Shown: positions 40,543 to 50,496 of the stretch, piece after piece
Layout of the letters: every line of letters starts with the position of its first letter
How positions within the stretch are numbered: the first letter of the stretch is position 1
Translations under genes and position numbers: made by a program
Notes under the pieces: generated by a model
What the model was told of the DNA's origin: nothing
Database searches by the model: none
The model's input: only the letters and a program-made list of their open reading frames with translations
Assembly: GCA_030603365.1 (NCBI GenBank)
Contig: JAUVXV010000005.1
Span: 152,063-216,062 of the forward strand
Source: Candidatus Heimdallarchaeota archaeon
GTDB lineage: Archaea > Asgardarchaeota > Heimdallarchaeia > Heimdallarchaeales > Heimdallarchaeaceae
Direction of reading: 5' to 3'
DNA: 64,000 bases

Positions 40543-41712
40543 TTATTTTTCTAATAGTCGTTTTTCAATTCTTGAAACTGCTTCTCGCAGTGTTTCTAGT
40601 TTATGTGAAAAAGAGAATCTTATATATTTCTGTGCATCAAAACTTGGATTTTCCTTTTGATAAAAACTTGATCCTGGGACAGTAGCAACTCCTTGATCTC
40701 TGACCAAGAAATCTGCAAATTCCTTATCATTGTTGCTAAATTCTGTCACATCTGCGAGAAGATAATATGCACCTTTGGGTTCAATTGGATTTAGTCCCAA
40801 TCTGGCAAGATTGTCAACTAAATAATCTCGATTGATTTGATATCTATCTCTAAGTTTTTTGTAATAATCTTCTCCCAGTTCAAATGATTTCAGTACTGCT
40901 ATTTGAAGTAAAGAGGGTGCACAGATTGTTAGATAGTCATGTACTTTTCTTATACCATTCATCAGCTGTTTCTCAGCTGCAACATATCCGATTCTCCACC
41001 CTGTAATCGAAAATGTCTTGCTAAAACCAGATATAGTTACAGTTCGTTCGAACATCTCCTCAATACTTGCAGGACTAATGTGGGTAAGCCCATCATAAAT
41101 TATATACTCATAGATTTCATCAGTTACTGCTATCAAATCATTTTCATTGCAAAGATCTGCAAAAAAAATAAGCTCATTTCTGGTGAATACTTTTCCACTT
41201 GGATTATGAGGTGTATTGATGAAAATGGCTTTAGTTTTATCAGTAACAGCTTCTTTTAGAGCTTCCTCATCTAGATTGAAATCATCCTGCCTTAATTTAA
41301 CAAATCTAGGTTTAGCCCCACTTAGATAGGTCAAAGGAACATAATTCTCATAATAGGGTTCTAGTATAAGCATTTCATCTGAATGATTTAGAATAGCTAA
41401 AATACTGCTTGCGATTGCTTCACTCGCACCACAAGTGATAGTAATCTCATTCTCAGAATCATACAAGATATCATTGTAATTTTCAAGCTTATCAGCAATT
41501 TTTTCTCTTAAGTCTTTACGACCATATGTAATAGAATACTGATGTTCATTTGCTTTCAAGGCATCATCTAATCCCTCAATCAATTCAGCTGGGGGAGAGT
41601 AATCAGGCATTCCTTGAGATAGGTTAATAGCATTATGTTCAATAGCTTTCCTTGTCATCTCACGTATTACAGATTCTTGAAAATTAGACAATCGCGATGC
41701 AAGTGGGTTCAT
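40543..41712 (-). CDS. Class I/II aminotransferase (YbdL/kynurenine aminotransferase-like)
   Basis: AINLSQGMPD, NTPHNPSG, DEIY, SKTFSITGWRIG. Confidence 0.92.
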   Translation of the reverse strand: MNPLASRLSNFQESVIREMTRKAIEHNAINLSQGMPDYSPPAELIEGLDDALKANEHQYSITYGRKDLREKIADKLENYNDILYDSENEITITCGASEAIASSILAILNHSDEMLILEPYYENYVPLTYLSGAKPRFVKLRQDDFNLDEEALKEAVTDKTKAIFINTPHNPSGKVFTRNELIFFADLCNENDLIAVTDEIYEYIIYDGLTHISPASIEEMFERTVTISGFSKTFSITGWRIGYVAAEKQLMNGIRKVHDYLTICAPSLLQIAVLKSFELGEDYYKKLRDRYQINRDYLVDNLARLGLNPIEPKGAYYLLADVTEFSNNDKEFADFLVRDQGVATVPGSSFYQKENPSFDAQKYIRFSFSHKLETLREAVSRIEKRLLEK

Positions 41713-41757
41713 TAATCAGTAACAAAAATAATAGTTAATATCTTTTTCTAGAAAGAT

Positions 41758-42660
41758 TTAGTCATCAGCTGTATAAAATTCAGTTTTCTTAATATTTACC
41801 AAGCCTAACATTGAAAGGTCTTCAATTCTATCGATAAAAGTCAGAAAATTCATGGATTTCTCTGCTTTAAAATATACGTCAAGTAAAGTTTTGTATTGAT
41901 TCCCAATGCAGTAGGTTAGAAGTTTCTCATATGTGAAGAAGTCTTTTCCAGAGAGATCTTCTTTAATAGATGGCCATTGCCTTCTAAATGTAGCATAAGA
42001 TTTTAGCGATGCAAGAGGGAAGGAACTTTTAGCATGTAAGATCATATCTAATTCAATAATTGTTTCACCTGAAGGAGGAGTAGATATTTTTGGATCAAGA
42101 TACGAAATCATGTAGGAGAGCATTTCTTCATCTAGAAGAACTAGAGCTTCCAGAATGGAGGCAACTTGTTTTAACCAATCCTCAGCAATTTCCAGATTTA
42201 CTCCTCTACTTAGCTTAATTTTGATATCAATAAATTGAAGTTCAGAAGAAATTTCCAATGAGAAATCTTTTTTATTCGATGTTTGAAATTGTGTCTGTCT
42301 TAGTCTATCAACAATTAAAACATCTTTGATATTTTTGCCTTTGTAATTTTTTTCAAGTGAAATCTTAGCAGTTTTGAAATCCACTTTCTTAGGAACAGGA
42401 ATTTGCATAGCAGTAATGTCTTTGGTTGGAACATCGTCTCCTACTCTAACAGGAACCTGAGATCTTACAACCATATTTTTGTCAACATAGAGAATATTAG
42501 CGTTTAATCTGTCTTCAATACAAGGATGAATGTCAACATATTCAACATAACCTTTTTCATCAACGCTATAATGTAAGTCTGGTAGAACGAATAAAATTCT
42601 TGTTTTTTGACAAAGGTTGCATTCATAATCTATTTTTCGTCTACCAGATTTATTGCTCAA
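41758..42660 (-). CDS. Hypothetical protein with N-terminal Zn-binding motif and possible C-terminal winged helix
   Basis: CNLC...YVDIHPC; ends KTLLDVY...IEDLSMLGLVNI. Confidence 0.65.
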   Translation of the reverse strand: MSNKSGRRKIDYECNLCQKTRILFVLPDLHYSVDEKGYVEYVDIHPCIEDRLNANILYVDKNMVVRSQVPVRVGDDVPTKDITAMQIPVPKKVDFKTAKISLEKNYKGKNIKDVLIVDRLRQTQFQTSNKKDFSLEISSELQFIDIKIKLSRGVNLEIAEDWLKQVASILEALVLLDEEMLSYMISYLDPKISTPPSGETIIELDMILHAKSSFPLASLKSYATFRRQWPSIKEDLSGKDFFTYEKLLTYCIGNQYKTLLDVYFKAEKSMNFLTFIDRIEDLSMLGLVNIKKTEFYTADD

Positions 42661-42801
42661 AGAATAAGACCTCTAATATGCTATAATAGTTTAAATTTGC
42701 TTTGTAAATATTAATGTTTTCTTTCTATTCTAAGTAAAGAGTGTAGAAGTTATGACATAACAATGCAAAATCTTTAAATTTACTCAAATAATGCTCCTTG
42801 T

Positions 42802-43395
42802 ATGGATGCGCAAACATTTTTTCTTTATGTTTATTATGCACTTCTCTATGGTTTACCCATCTATATGTGCAATTCCTTCGCAAATCTAAGTAAATTCTTG
42901 CCAATTTTAGGCTCTCCAGTAGATTTTAACAAAAACTGGAAAGATGGAAGAAGGGTATTTGGTGATCATAAGACTTGGAGAGGGATAATCTTTGGAATTA
43001 TCGCAGGAACTATTACAGGTGTTCTCATCTGGTATTTCTGTTTCTTTAAGTATCAAATTTTTGTCTTAGATGACAAATACACACTTGGCACATCAGTAAC
43101 AGGTTGGCCAGTATATCCATGGTATGTAGGGTTCTTCATGAGTATAGGTGATCACGCAGCTGATCTTGCAGGATCATTCATAAAAAGAAGAATGAATATT
43201 CAATCTGGTGGAGCTTTACCACTATATGATCAAGGTTCTTGGATGGTAACAGGTGTATTAATCGCTTTACCCTTCACATGGGGTGCAGCACATATATGGT
43301 TCTATTTCGTCGCTTTGATAATAGTTACACCGTTGATACATTTCATCGTGAATATCTTTGCGTACTGGTTAAAAATTAAAGATGTTTGGTACTAG
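42802..43395 (+). CDS. carS: CDP-archaeol synthase
   Basis: PVDFNKNWKDGRRVFGDHKTWRG and DLAGSFIKRR...PLYDQ. Confidence 0.9.
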   Translation: MDAQTFFLYVYYALLYGLPIYMCNSFANLSKFLPILGSPVDFNKNWKDGRRVFGDHKTWRGIIFGIIAGTITGVLIWYFCFFKYQIFVLDDKYTLGTSVTGWPVYPWYVGFFMSIGDHAADLAGSFIKRRMNIQSGGALPLYDQGSWMVTGVLIALPFTWGAAHIWFYFVALIIVTPLIHFIVNIFAYWLKIKDVWY

Positions 43396-43476
43396 TTTAC
43401 CAACTCTTTTATATTCGCATAATCAATAGATATTTATTCGCAATCGAGTAAAAGTAATATTGGGAGTTTACCTCCA

Positions 43477-44517
43477 ATGAATCCGGAAGATGAAGCAATA
43501 TTATTCCAAGAAACATTTGATATCATATTTCATGAGAGTATGGATATGATATTTATTATTAATACTGATGGAATAATACTGGATTCTAATATTCAAGCAT
43601 GTAGGTATCTAGGAGTAACTCTAAAGAATCTTCTGCAAAAAGAGTTAAGAAAATTTGTTAAAGAAAGGAAACAATTTAGAGAATTTCTTGAATCAACTAT
43701 TTCTGAAGGTTCAAAAGTCGGACAGTTCTCCTTTTCAACCAAAGATGGAAAAGAAATCTCATTTCATGTTTCTGCTACTTTAATTAAGACAGAGAATATT
43801 AGTTACTTAGTCTTACTTTGTAGAGATATTCAAGATATACTAGATTCAGCTTCTCAAAGAAAATTCTTTTTCGATTTATTCCAACACGATCTTCTAAATA
43901 ATCTGCATGCAGAAGTAGGTTATCTCGATTTCTTTAAACGTTTATACAAACAGAACAAATGGGAAGGAGAAACTGTAGAACAGCTTATCGAAAAAATGAG
44001 AGAAATAATGGTAAGATCAATATATCTAGTTCAAAATGCTAATATCAATCTTCTACTGCAAGAAGAAAGATCTCTATCAAAACAAAAAATAGAAGATGTT
44101 CTAAATCATAGTTTAAGGTACCTCAGTAGCTTTTTCTCAAGAAGGATTAAAGCAGAAATTACTCATATGGCGGATGTAATTGTTTTAGGTGATGAATATC
44201 TCTATAGAATCTTTGTTAATCTCATTGTCAGGATGCTTGAATATACTGACGAGAACATCAAGGTTGAAATCTATGTCACAAGACCCCGAAGTGATAAAGT
44301 AAATATTAAAATGCACTTTGAAGGAGTTATACTTTCTACTGATGCTAAAACAGAGATTCTGGAAATTGCTGCATTAGATAGAAAAAAGCTAGACGTTGCA
44401 GTAACTCAAAGTATGTTAGATAGATATGAGATGAAACTTAAGATTGAATATGTGAAGAGACTAGGGGAGACAGTAGGAACAAGGATAACTGTTTCAGCTC
44501 CGGTTTTTGATGGTTAA
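43477..44517 (+). CDS. PAS domain plus degenerate histidine-kinase-like protein
   Basis: PAS (DMIFIINTDGIILDSN...RDI), H-box HDLLNNL, N-box remnant YRIFVNLI; G boxes eroded. Confidence 0.75.
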   Translation: MNPEDEAILFQETFDIIFHESMDMIFIINTDGIILDSNIQACRYLGVTLKNLLQKELRKFVKERKQFREFLESTISEGSKVGQFSFSTKDGKEISFHVSATLIKTENISYLVLLCRDIQDILDSASQRKFFFDLFQHDLLNNLHAEVGYLDFFKRLYKQNKWEGETVEQLIEKMREIMVRSIYLVQNANINLLLQEERSLSKQKIEDVLNHSLRYLSSFFSRRIKAEITHMADVIVLGDEYLYRIFVNLIVRMLEYTDENIKVEIYVTRPRSDKVNIKMHFEGVILSTDAKTEILEIAALDRKKLDVAVTQSMLDRYEMKLKIEYVKRLGETVGTRITVSAPVFDG

Positions 44518-44581
44518 TCTATTTTTGTATAATAGATACTTGATTTAAATGTAAAATAAACAAAAGGTGAAGAAATAAAAT

Positions 44582-46165
44582 CTAGTTTACTTTTTCCCGA
44601 AATAAAACAAATTTAAATTTCCTCCCCCTCTTCATAATGATAGTTATGATTGGAAATAACCATAAGAGGGATATTGAATAGTCAAGAGTGGTTATAGTTG
44701 GAGTTGGAGTTGGAGTTGGAGTTGGAGTTGTCTCTTCAACATATCTGAATGATAAAGGTGAAGGATAGAGATCAGCATTGTTCGCAGAACCATCTATCAG
44801 GTAGCTATCAGAATTTGTCATATTAGTCCAATAATTACCAGTAAATGTTTCTAGATTAGACCAACTATTGTAATCACCATTGTCAAACCCTTGAGAATAT
44901 CCATCATTAGTACCATAGAGATTGTTTTCAACGAAATCATTTAGATAAATTGTATTATTATCAGAGTCAAGAAGCTGAACACCATATCTCTCATTCTGTT
45001 CCAATATGTTGAAAGTTATTTTGTTTACAACTGAATAACGCAAAATAATTCCAATTATGTTTTTGGAAATAGTATTATTAGATATAACTTTGAGTCTTGA
45101 ATCATAAAATCTGATTCCAAAGACATTATGAGAAATTAAATTATTAACTATAGTTGATTCTACTTTTGATTCAGCTCTATACAAATCTCGTAAATAGATG
45201 CCACAATCACCATTGGAACTAAACACATTATTCTCTAATCTAAGATACTTACAACCAAACATTTGGATTCCATGCTTTTTATTAAATGAACAAATGTTGT
45301 CTGTGATGTTAGATTTTTTAGTCCCATAGCAGTTAATACCACTAGCTCCATTATAGCACAAATAATTGTTTATTATCTTAAGTCTGTGAGAATGTGAAGT
45401 AGATATTCCCTCTGAATTTCTTGTACATCTGTTTTCAAGAATTTCAGCATAATTACAATAATTTATAGATATACTGCTACCAATTCCTTCACTACAGTTG
45501 TTTCTTTCAATAATTGTATATGGAGATTCCTCAGCAATTATCCTTGAACAGTTGTTGTTAGAAATATTGGTGTACTCTGATTTAATGATTTTAATGGAAC
45601 TTAGCTTGATGTAATTGTGGTCTATGAAACTTTTTGGAGATTTAATTGCATAAATAGCAGTTATATTAGGAGATATAATATTGTAACGTACTGAAGATGA
45701 GTTTGTTTCATCAATGAATATTCCAATATTTGTACAATTATGCAGAACATTATACTCAATTAATGAAGTACTCTCGCTTACATTAGTAACACGAATACCA
45801 GCTGTGCCAGTAACAAAGCAATTTCTAATGGTGAAATGTTTTGTAGTATTTGAAATCCTTATTCCTACATCGGAAAGGGTAGAAATTCTGAAATTTTCAA
45901 TGATAAAGGGATGAGATTCATTCCCATATCCTGTAAAATTATGTGATAATAAATCTTGATCAGAAAGGATGTTAATTGGTTTATGGTCAATAAGGTCACT
46001 AAAACGATAATTAACTGTTGAAGAAGAATCACTTGTATTTTCAGGGTTTGAGATTTCTAGAAAAGTTCCCGGACTTGAATTCACTTGGTTGTTAGGATTA
46101 AAAGGAATGTAATTGAAAAACAACAATAAAAGTACAATTGTAATCCAAGTATCTTTCTTCATCAA
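44582..46165 (-). CDS. Secreted parallel beta-helix (NosD-like) protein with PT linker and TM anchor
   Basis: GYGNESHPFIIE, Asn-ladder repeats, GNYW, TPTPTP, TM plus basic tail. Confidence 0.85.
   Translation of the reverse strand: MMKKDTWITIVLLLLFFNYIPFNPNNQVNSSPGTFLEISNPENTSDSSSTVNYRFSDLIDHKPINILSDQDLLSHNFTGYGNESHPFIIENFRISTLSDVGIRISNTTKHFTIRNCFVTGTAGIRVTNVSESTSLIEYNVLHNCTNIGIFIDETNSSSVRYNIISPNITAIYAIKSPKSFIDHNYIKLSSIKIIKSEYTNISNNNCSRIIAEESPYTIIERNNCSEGIGSSISINYCNYAEILENRCTRNSEGISTSHSHRLKIINNYLCYNGASGINCYGTKKSNITDNICSFNKKHGIQMFGCKYLRLENNVFSSNGDCGIYLRDLYRAESKVESTIVNNLISHNVFGIRFYDSRLKVISNNTISKNIIGIILRYSVVNKITFNILEQNERYGVQLLDSDNNTIYLNDFVENNLYGTNDGYSQGFDNGDYNSWSNLETFTGNYWTNMTNSDSYLIDGSANNADLYPSPLSFRYVEETTPTPTPTPTPTITTLDYSISLLWLFPIITIIMKRGRKFKFVLFREKVN
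44696..44730. repeat. Perfect hexamer repeat (AGTTGG)5+ encoding a Pro-Thr linker
   Basis: Read directly from the sequence. Confidence 0.9.
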
Positions 46166-46391
46166 GATAAATATTATGTCAATATATATATAATAATGAT
46201 TGCGAGACAGAATTAATACAATCTTATGAACATTATATTTTTACTTAGAAATATATTTCGTATTCAAAGCGTTTTAATCTTCCACTCGAAATATGGGTGG
46301 TCCCTTCTTAATAAGAACCCCATCTAAAAAGAGAGTTTACAATAAGGTAGGGTAGAAAAGATGTAAGGCATTAAGATAACTATGAAAATGG

Positions 46392-46634
46392 CTAGATTGA
46401 AGTTGCTCTCTTTTGCTCACTTCTTTTTCTTACAAATGGGACTATAAACACAAGGATAGAAATAAGAAGTACTACTCCTGAAGCGATCGCTCCACCAACA
46501 AAGAAGATCCCAAACCAATCATTGTCACTAGCGATAATGAATGCAATCATCGAGCCTAAACTGATCAAACAGAGGATTGATCCAACGATTAATCTCCAAT
46601 AATTTTTAAGAAATGGAATTATTACATCTGTCAT
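46392..46634 (-). CDS. Small 2-TM membrane protein; paralog of 48139..48387
   Basis: Two hydrophobic helices and basic tail; LISLGSMIAFII vs LFALSSMIVFII. Confidence 0.7.
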   Translation of the reverse strand: MTDVIIPFLKNYWRLIVGSILCLISLGSMIAFIIASDNDWFGIFFVGGAIASGVVLLISILVFIVPFVRKRSEQKRATSI

Positions 46635-46733
46635 CTTATTAACTTGGTAAAGGAAGTATTTCAGTCTTATGTGAATTGATTAATTAGATAATAGCCAAAT
46701 AAAACAAGAAACTGGTTTATGTCCAGAATGTAG

Positions 46734-47834
46734 CTAGATTTTAGACACTTTCTTTTCTTTCCTTACTTTCACTAATGTAACTATCAGCATTGAGAGAGAA
46801 GAAACAAGAAATATTCCTCCAGAGATGGCTATAATTAACCAACCAACAATATCTTCAGGTGATACTACGAATAAAAATCGTATGCATACAATTGCAGAAC
46901 CTATTGAGATAACCCCCAAAATGACTATGATCCAGATGAATCGTTTCCTTTTCCTTTTCCTTTTTTGTAAATCTTCTTCTGACATTTTGGCTATACGAAG
47001 ATGTCTTTCTGCTTTTCGTTTGCGATAATTCGGAATCACTGTATTTTTAGTGTAGGGAACAGCATACTTAGGTACTACAAACGCTAGAATAGCAACAATA
47101 ACTAGTAGAGGTAGGACAATAGAGAGTATTGTCATAGTAATAGGATTAGGACAGCTCTGAGCTCTATTCAAGGGATATAAATCTTTAGAATGAGCTTTAC
47201 CATCAATTTTATACGTGCATTTATCTCCCAAATCTGACCAATAATTACCTTCTTTTGTCTCAGGGTCATACCAAGTGTTCTTATTTCCCCCCCTATCATA
47301 AGCTTGAGAAAAACCACGATAAGATCCTCCTAAGTTATTGTCTACAAAGTTATTATGATGAATAAGAATGTTATCAGAATAGTGAATATTGATACCGTAT
47401 TCACCGTTGTTGCTAAAAGTGTTGTTAATGACAGTTGCTGTACCATCAGCTACATGACCGATATAAATGCCATAGCCTTCAGCTTCAACATAGCAGTTAC
47501 GAACAGTAAAATATTTCGTTGGACCACTAATATAAATGCCAGTATGACTCGTTGTTGTAATATTGTAACCTTCAATAACATAGGGATCTTCAGCTGTTCC
47601 TGAACCAGGAAAACCGAGTGTTATAAAATCATAATCAGAATCTATATCAATTGCTGCATGAGGTGTTAAATCAAAAGAAAGAGGATTTTCTAGCATTGAA
47701 GCAGAATTCTTAGTTATTTGGCACATGTTTTCAGTGAATGTAGTGGTAAAAAGCACCACACCAATAAAAGATACTAGTAGAGTTAATGATATTGCAGTAG
47801 TTAGTTTATTTATGAGAAAATTTCTCCTTTTCAT
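46734..47834 (-). CDS. Short beta-helix ectodomain protein with TM, basic linker and C-terminal 2-TM hairpin; paralog of 56922..58568
   Basis: GFPGSGTAEDPYVIE, KEGNYWSDL, YPLNRAQSCPNP, PKYAVPYTKNTVIP. Confidence 0.8.
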   Translation of the reverse strand: MKRRNFLINKLTTAISLTLLVSFIGVVLFTTTFTENMCQITKNSASMLENPLSFDLTPHAAIDIDSDYDFITLGFPGSGTAEDPYVIEGYNITTTSHTGIYISGPTKYFTVRNCYVEAEGYGIYIGHVADGTATVINNTFSNNGEYGINIHYSDNILIHHNNFVDNNLGGSYRGFSQAYDRGGNKNTWYDPETKEGNYWSDLGDKCTYKIDGKAHSKDLYPLNRAQSCPNPITMTILSIVLPLLVIVAILAFVVPKYAVPYTKNTVIPNYRKRKAERHLRIAKMSEEDLQKRKRKRKRFIWIIVILGVISIGSAIVCIRFLFVVSPEDIVGWLIIAISGGIFLVSSLSMLIVTLVKVRKEKKVSKI

Positions 47835-47964
47835 TTTCTTACCTCAGATAGTGTATCATTAATTCTACATAATTATCAGTAATAAGTTTTAGTATATTTA
47901 AGAGAAATAGAAGAAAATAAATAGTGAAGTTGAACAGATTAGGTTTCTTGAGTTGTATAGTTAC

Positions 47965-48120
47965 TCATATTTGAATGATTATTTTTCTTCTTCTTCGTAT
48001 TTTTACTATAAGATAAACAATAGCATAAATTATCAGCATAATAGAGAAGACAAGACCTGGAAATACAAAGACTCCGTTTTCTTCTAAAGCAACAAAGAAA
48101 TCGTTGAAAAAATAACCATC
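47965..48120 (-). pseudogene. Probable frameshifted remnant of a small membrane protein
   Basis: Startless open frame ...FFVALEENGVFVFPGLVFSIMLIIYAIVYLIVKIRRRRKIIIQI*; an out-of-frame ATG has the same TAAG-ATG context as the neighbouring 2-TM genes. Confidence 0.5.
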
Positions 48121-48138
48121 TTAACAGTGCTTATGACT

Positions 48139-48387
48139 CTAGCTATTTTCATTCACTACTTTTTTAACCTTTCTTGATTTTTGCACAGTCTTACCAGCTA
48201 TAATTCCGAAAATTAAAAATCCTATTCCTGAACCAACTGCACCCATAACCATAAAAATCTTTGAAAATTCACTTTGTTCTCCTATTTGGATAATAAATAC
48301 TATCATCGAGCTAAGTGCGAACAGAGAAATTATTATTGGAATGACTAACATCCAATTAATTCTGAAAAATAGAATGTCTTCACTCAT
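48139..48387 (-). CDS. Small 2-TM membrane protein; paralog of 46392..46634
   Basis: Same layout and shared AATAAG-ATG start context. Confidence 0.7.
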   Translation of the reverse strand: MSEDILFFRINWMLVIPIIISLFALSSMIVFIIQIGEQSEFSKIFMVMGAVGSGIGFLIFGIIAGKTVQKSRKVKKVVNENS

Positions 48388-48471
48388 CTTATTCACTAAA
48401 AGAAAGAAATATATTAAATTTATGTTGAGAAGAAAAATTGAAAAAAAAGAAGAGAGAAAATCTAGCTTGTT

Positions 48472-50223
48472 CTAGATTCTTGATGATTTCCTTTTTTTAA
48501 GATAAATAGACGTTAATCCAAATATAATTACTATTACTATAGCTCCGATTCCTATACTATTTTCTTTAGTTGGAGTTGGAGTTGGAGTTGGAGTTGGAGT
48601 TAATGGCTCAAAGTAGACATGTTGACAATTGGAGAGAGAGCTGTTCCCAGCAAAGTTTCCAGCAACAACAACATAGAAGTAGAATCCTTCAGAAGGTACA
48701 GTATCAATATAATCACTTGAGGAAACAGTAGTAAGTGGTACGAGTCCTTCTACAGACCAGATGCAAGAGGTAGAACGATAAACAAAGTAAGTGGTTGCTC
48801 TTGGTACGTTACTCCAATTTAGATTTACAGTGTCATTTTCAGTAGGATTAGGAACAATAGAAGCTAGTTCAGGAGCAGTAGGGGAACATACTAAACGTTT
48901 ATAGAAAATATCCCAATCTGTTCCCGCATTAGCATAATTAGTTTCATCCTGCCACGTTATATGTACATTCCCTAAAATGTCGACTGCAAGAGAAGGATCA
49001 AAAGAACGATCTGTACTTTCTGTGGAAACCACCTCAGTAGTGGTCCATGAGCATGTAGAAGCCTCCCAGCGTTTGTAGAAGATATTATAAACTTCCCATG
49101 TTATATGGACATTCCCTGCAGAATCCACTGTAAGAGAAGGAGAGAGAGAATCATAAGTGCTTTCTGTGGAAATGACTTCTGTGGTGGTCCAGGAAGAGGA
49201 AGAAGCGTTCCAGTATTTATAGAAAATATCAGCATCTGTTCCACTCCCAGCATAATCAGACCAATCGTCCCATGCTATATGCACATTCCCTAAAGTGTCG
49301 ACAGCAAGAGAAGGAATTAAATTTGCATAATCTGTACTTTCTGTGGAGACGACTTCTGTCATAGCCCAAGTGGAGGTAGAAGCGTTCCATCGTTTGTAGA
49401 AAATATCCCCATCAGTTCCACTCCCAGCATAATCAGTTTGATCATACCACGCTATGTGTATATTTCCATCAGTATCCACTGCAAGAGATGGATGGACAGA
49501 ATGATTTGTACTTTCTGTGGAGACGACTTCTGTCGTTGTCCATGAGGAGGTAGAAACCTCCCATCGCTTGTAGAAAATATCAATATCTGCTCCACTCCCA
49601 GCATAATCAGTCCAATCATACCATGATATATAGACATCCCCTAAAGTATCCACTGCAAGAGAAGAAGATTCAGAATCACCTGTACTTTCGGTAGAAACAA
49701 CTTCTGTCGTTGTCCATGAGGAGGTAGAAACCTCCCATCGCTTGTAGAAAATATCAATATCTGCTCCACTCCCAGCATAATCAGTATAATCCTGCCACGT
49801 TATATGGACATTTCCTGTAGAATCCAGTGCAAGAGATGGATAGATAGAATGATTTGTACTTTCTGTGGAGACAACTTCTGTCGTGATCCATGAGTATGTA
49901 GAAGCCTCCCATCGTTTATAGAAAATATCCCCATCTGTTCCACTCCCAGCATAATCAGTTAGATCATACCACGCTATGTGGACATTTCCAGCAGAATCCA
50001 GTGCAAGAGATGGAAGGATAGAATGATTTGTACTTTCTGTGGAAACCACCTCTGTTGTATTCCATTTCCAAGTATATTGATCTAAGGAATCTATGGTATA
50101 GTAATTATTTTTTTCCTCTACTAGAGCTATAATGTTAAGAGTATTAATAGATGAAGTACTTATTAAAAAACCAATAATGAGAAAACTTATACACATAAAT
50201 AGTTTCGTTCTTTTCTTTTTCAT
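48472..50223 (-). CDS. Surface protein: seven ~58-aa repeats (probable 7-bladed beta-propeller), FN3-like domain, PT linker, TM anchor
   Basis: Repeat WTTTEVVSTEST...PSLAVD..GNVHI.W.D.TDYAGSG.D.DIFYKRW x7; LNWS...YFVYRS...YYVVVAGN-like FN3 pattern. Confidence 0.85.
   Translation of the reverse strand: MKKKRTKLFMCISFLIIGFLISTSSINTLNIIALVEEKNNYYTIDSLDQYTWKWNTTEVVSTESTNHSILPSLALDSAGNVHIAWYDLTDYAGSGTDGDIFYKRWEASTYSWITTEVVSTESTNHSIYPSLALDSTGNVHITWQDYTDYAGSGADIDIFYKRWEVSTSSWTTTEVVSTESTGDSESSSLAVDTLGDVYISWYDWTDYAGSGADIDIFYKRWEVSTSSWTTTEVVSTESTNHSVHPSLAVDTDGNIHIAWYDQTDYAGSGTDGDIFYKRWNASTSTWAMTEVVSTESTDYANLIPSLAVDTLGNVHIAWDDWSDYAGSGTDADIFYKYWNASSSSWTTTEVISTESTYDSLSPSLTVDSAGNVHITWEVYNIFYKRWEASTCSWTTTEVVSTESTDRSFDPSLAVDILGNVHITWQDETNYANAGTDWDIFYKRLVCSPTAPELASIVPNPTENDTVNLNWSNVPRATTYFVYRSTSCIWSVEGLVPLTTVSSSDYIDTVPSEGFYFYVVVAGNFAGNSSLSNCQHVYFEPLTPTPTPTPTPTKENSIGIGAIVIVIIFGLTSIYLKKRKSSRI
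48568..48601. repeat. Perfect hexamer repeat (AGTTGG)5+ encoding a Pro-Thr linker
   Basis: Same unit and copy number as 44696..44730. Confidence 0.9.
48890..50065 (-). repeat. Intragenic tandem repeats of about 174 bp
   Basis: 86-bp identical blocks at 49526..49611 and 49700..49785, 174 bp apart. Confidence 0.9.
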
Positions 50224-50496
50224 AATATTGACCTATTTTTTTGATTCTTTATTTGTTTGAACTCAAACAAAATTTCTTGAATCGTGTACGATTGGTGTTA
50301 AGAATAAAAACATTATGCATTTACCTCCTCAATGTTAAGTAACCCTTTATTGTTGACACTTAACCAAGATGTGTTACTTAGATTATTGAGTTAAAATAAA
50401 CTCTAGAAAAGAAGAGTAAATTTTTGTGAAGTTTAGTTATGTTAAATTTGGATAAAAACCTCCAATATCTAAACTTTCTGAAGTTCAAACGATAAT

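Noticed and set aside
46293-46323. Imperfect hairpin ATGGG...TTCTTAATAAGAA.CCCAT as an attC-like or ncRNA element
   Set aside because: Single occurrence; no matching elements between the neighbouring genes and no integrase
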